Source: a virus
Lineage: Duplodnaviria; Caudoviricetes
Strand: one strand, 5' to 3'
IMG/VR virus record: IMGVR_UViG_3300022917_000020
Span: 1 to 34,483 of that record
Length of the DNA: 34,483 nucleotides
In this document: positions 32,352 through 34,483 of the stretch, one piece after another
How positions within the stretch are numbered: the first letter of the stretch is position 1
Layout: every line of letters begins with the position of its first letter
Notes under the pieces: model-generated
The model's database searches: none
Seen by the model: only the letters and a program-made list of their open reading frames with translations
Told to the model about the DNA's origin: nothing
Position numbers and translations under genes: made by a program

Positions 32352-32684
32352 GTGATAATCATTGATGATATTGTCGACGACCCTGAACGTCACCGGTTGC
32401 CCGGTGATGGTGCCAATTTCACCCTCAATGCGTTTATGAAGGCTCTTGCCGTAGCCTCAACGGGCTTCCAGTCAGCTCCGCGCATCGTTCCCGCCCAGCG
32501 CCCGTTCCACGAGCGCTATCGCTACAAGACACATAACGGCACCCAGGAGATGGCGCGGCGTCTGAAGCAGATGAACCGTACCAAGCCGTGGAAGAATGCC
32601 TACCCGGGCGTACTGTGGGCGGGATTCGATGGCGAGCGGTACACCACTGACTCGCACGGTCAACTGTGCCCATTCTATTCCTAG
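32352..32684 (+). CDS. Hypothetical protein (110 aa)
   Basis: GGAG RBS; NG.QE.ARRL.Q motif. Confidence 0.55.
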   Translation: MIIIDDIVDDPERHRLPGDGANFTLNAFMKALAVASTGFQSAPRIVPAQRPFHERYRYKTHNGTQEMARRLKQMNRTKPWKNAYPGVLWAGFDGERYTTDSHGQLCPFYS

Positions 32685-34483
32685 ACGCCGAAACGCGGTC
32701 CGCGACCAACCTGAAATCGGCTGGCACGGACCGTTATCTTCGCGACTGCGACGCCACGGTCTGGACCTACACGTTTGACGACGAGCCGGAAGTGGGGTGC
32801 TGGGACTTGCTCGGCGGCGAGCATCCCAACCGCCACGAACGTTTCATAGAGGGCCTCAAAGATGATCGCATTATTAAAATCGCCCATCACGCGCGTTTTG
32901 ATCGGGGTGTGCTCTTACACAGCCGCAACTGCCGCCTTTACACACCTATCAACTCTTGGCGTTGCACCATGCATCAGGCTTATTCTTCTGGGCTGCCTGG
33001 GTCTGTTGATTACTTGGGCACTGTTCTTAATATTCCACTGGCCGACCGCAAGCTCACCGAAGACGGCGACAAACTCGGACCTCTCTTCTGGGCACCAAGA
33101 AAGGACGGCCGATTTAACACCCCTGACGATTTCCCTGATGAGTGGAACGCTTTCAAACGGTATGCAATCCGCGATACAGCAGCATTGCGGCAAATCTTCC
33201 GCCGACTTCCGAAACACAACTACCAAGGAGTCGGTCTCCAATGGTGGTGGCTGGACCAACTCGTCAACAACAGAGGATTCGGCTTTGATACGGAGTTGGC
33301 TGAACGCGCAATGTCCCTTCTACAGTCGGCCAAGCGTCGCAACGACGGCATGGTCTGCGAACTTACCGATTTCGCAGTGGGAGCAGCAACCCAACGAGGG
33401 AAGCTCCTCGCTTTCCTCAACGAGCGATATGGAGCCGGTCTCGAAAACTTACGTGCCTCCACTATCCGCGACATGCTCGACGGAGACAGCCTCGAACCGG
33501 GATTGCGACTTCTATTGGAAATTCGTCTCGATGCAGCTAAAGCGAGCGGCGCAAAGTATAGAAAGGGCCTCCAGCTACTCGGACCGCAAAGCCGTCTACG
33601 ACATGCTCACCAGTATTGTGGAGCGGGCCGGACGGGTAGAGACTCTCATAAAGGATTCCAACCCGGCAACATGATGCGTCAGACGCTCGACGCGGAGTAT
33701 ATCGACGATGTCATCATTCCAGGTATCAAGTTTACGCCGCAAGATGTCCTCGATTTTCCGGAGCTGTACGGCTCGACGAACATGGCGGCAGCCAATGCGC
33801 TACGCGGTTGTATCGTCGCGGCACCCCCAGGTCCGGCGAATCCGCAAGGGAATGAGCTTGTCGATGCGGACTACTCCAACATCGAAAGCCGCGTCCTCGC
33901 GTGGCTCGCATCTGAAGCCGAAGAGTTGGAAGCCTACTACTCCGGGGCCGACACGTACAAGATGCTGTGGGCCGAGTTTTTCCGGCTCCAGCTCCACGAA
34001 GTCACCAAGCAGATGCGGCAGGCCGCCAAGGTCGTCAAACTTGCGTTCGGCTTTGGAGGCGGCGTGGGTGCGTTGGTTACGATGTCGGCGGGCTACGGCA
34101 TCGATTTGGGCGCGCTCGTTCCCCTCGTACTCCCGTTCGTGGATGACCCGAAGGTGCTCGCAAAGGCTGAACGAGCTTGGCGTCGCGCAGTTTTGGAAGG
34201 TGCCGACTGGGCGCTTCCGAAAGAGACCTACGTGGCGTGTGATGTCCTCAAACAGAAATTTCGCATATCACTGAAGGCAACCAACGATGTCCGGCTCGCA
34301 GTCGACAAAGCGGTCCGCAACGCCGTCCGAGATCCTGGAACGACTCATTACGCAGCTCGCTGCACAATCTGGTCTGACCGAAATGCGCTCATTATCCAGC
34401 TACCGGATGGTTCTCGACTCTACTACTGGTCGCCTACGCTGCATACCGTTGAGTATGTCGACCCAACTGACCCACACAAGGTA
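32666..34483 (+). CDS. polA: Family A DNA polymerase with 3'-5' exonuclease (truncated at window edge)
   Basis: Absent from the ORF track because it is open at the edge. GTG 32666 reads PILFLDAETRS (ExoI), AHHARFD (ExoII), YAIRD (ExoIII), GAGRTGR, DADYSNIESRVLAWLA (motif A), RQAAKVVKLAFGFGGG (motif B). Confidence 0.93.
   Translation, partial: MPILFLDAETRSATNLKSAGTDRYLRDCDATVWTYTFDDEPEVGCWDLLGGEHPNRHERFIEGLKDDRIIKIAHHARFDRGVLLHSRNCRLYTPINSWRCTMHQAYSSGLPGSVDYLGTVLNIPLADRKLTEDGDKLGPLFWAPRKDGRFNTPDDFPDEWNAFKRYAIRDTAALRQIFRRLPKHNYQGVGLQWWWLDQLVNNRGFGFDTELAERAMSLLQSAKRRNDGMVCELTDFAVGAATQRGKLLAFLNERYGAGLENLRASTIRDMLDGDSLEPGLRLLLEIRLDAAKASGAKYRKGLQLLGPQSRLRHAHQYCGAGRTGRDSHKGFQPGNMMRQTLDAEYIDDVIIPGIKFTPQDVLDFPELYGSTNMAAANALRGCIVAAPPGPANPQGNELVDADYSNIESRVLAWLASEAEELEAYYSGADTYKMLWAEFFRLQLHEVTKQMRQAAKVVKLAFGFGGGVGALVTMSAGYGIDLGALVPLVLPFVDDPKVLAKAERAWRRAVLEGADWALPKETYVACDVLKQKFRISLKATNDVRLAVDKAVRNAVRDPGTTHYAARCTIWSDRNALIIQLPDGSRLYYWSPTLHTVEYVDPTDPHKV

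Noticed and set aside
32862-34274. 270-aa and 188-aa plus-strand ORFs
   Set aside because: Off-frame shadows of the PolA reading frame, which carries all catalytic motifs.
1-34483. Integrase, repressor, lysis cassette, reverse transcriptase/DGR, alternative genetic code
   Set aside because: No supporting motifs seen. Genes read intact in the standard code with TAA, TAG and TGA all used as stops. Lifestyle cannot be determined from this window.

Overview
Fragment of a GC-rich (about 60%) tailed dsDNA phage with podovirus-type architecture, probably infecting a proteobacterium. It has two divergent arms separated by an AT-rich control region (about 17740-18830). The minus-strand late arm runs terminase small and large subunits, a structured RNA plus tRNA-Trp, portal, scaffold, an HEXXH protein, major capsid protein, decoration-like protein, head-tail adaptor and nozzle proteins with inserted FN3/carbohydrate-binding domains, a GNAT-like protein and ejection (internal virion) proteins, the last truncated at the window edge. 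The plus-strand early/middle arm has about 40 small, translationally coupled ORFs driven by three repeated promoter cassettes, an HNH nuclease, then a DUF2800-like nuclease, DUF2815-like SSB and family-A DNA polymerase (truncated at the edge). Top findings: (1) a 46-codon gene below the ORF-track cutoff (22205-22345) with all the hallmarks of a proteobacterial lasso-peptide precursor (LIDLGxASxxT-x-G1...E9), but no maturase genes in the window; (2) a ~410-nt highly structured non-coding region (29295-29704) that begins with a circularly permuted, YrlA-like tRNA mimic; (3) CRP-family-like class II sites on all three early promoters; (4) a promoter-defined structured RNA upstream of a tRNA-Trp with a degenerate D-arm. 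All family calls come from motif recognition by eye; no database search was run.
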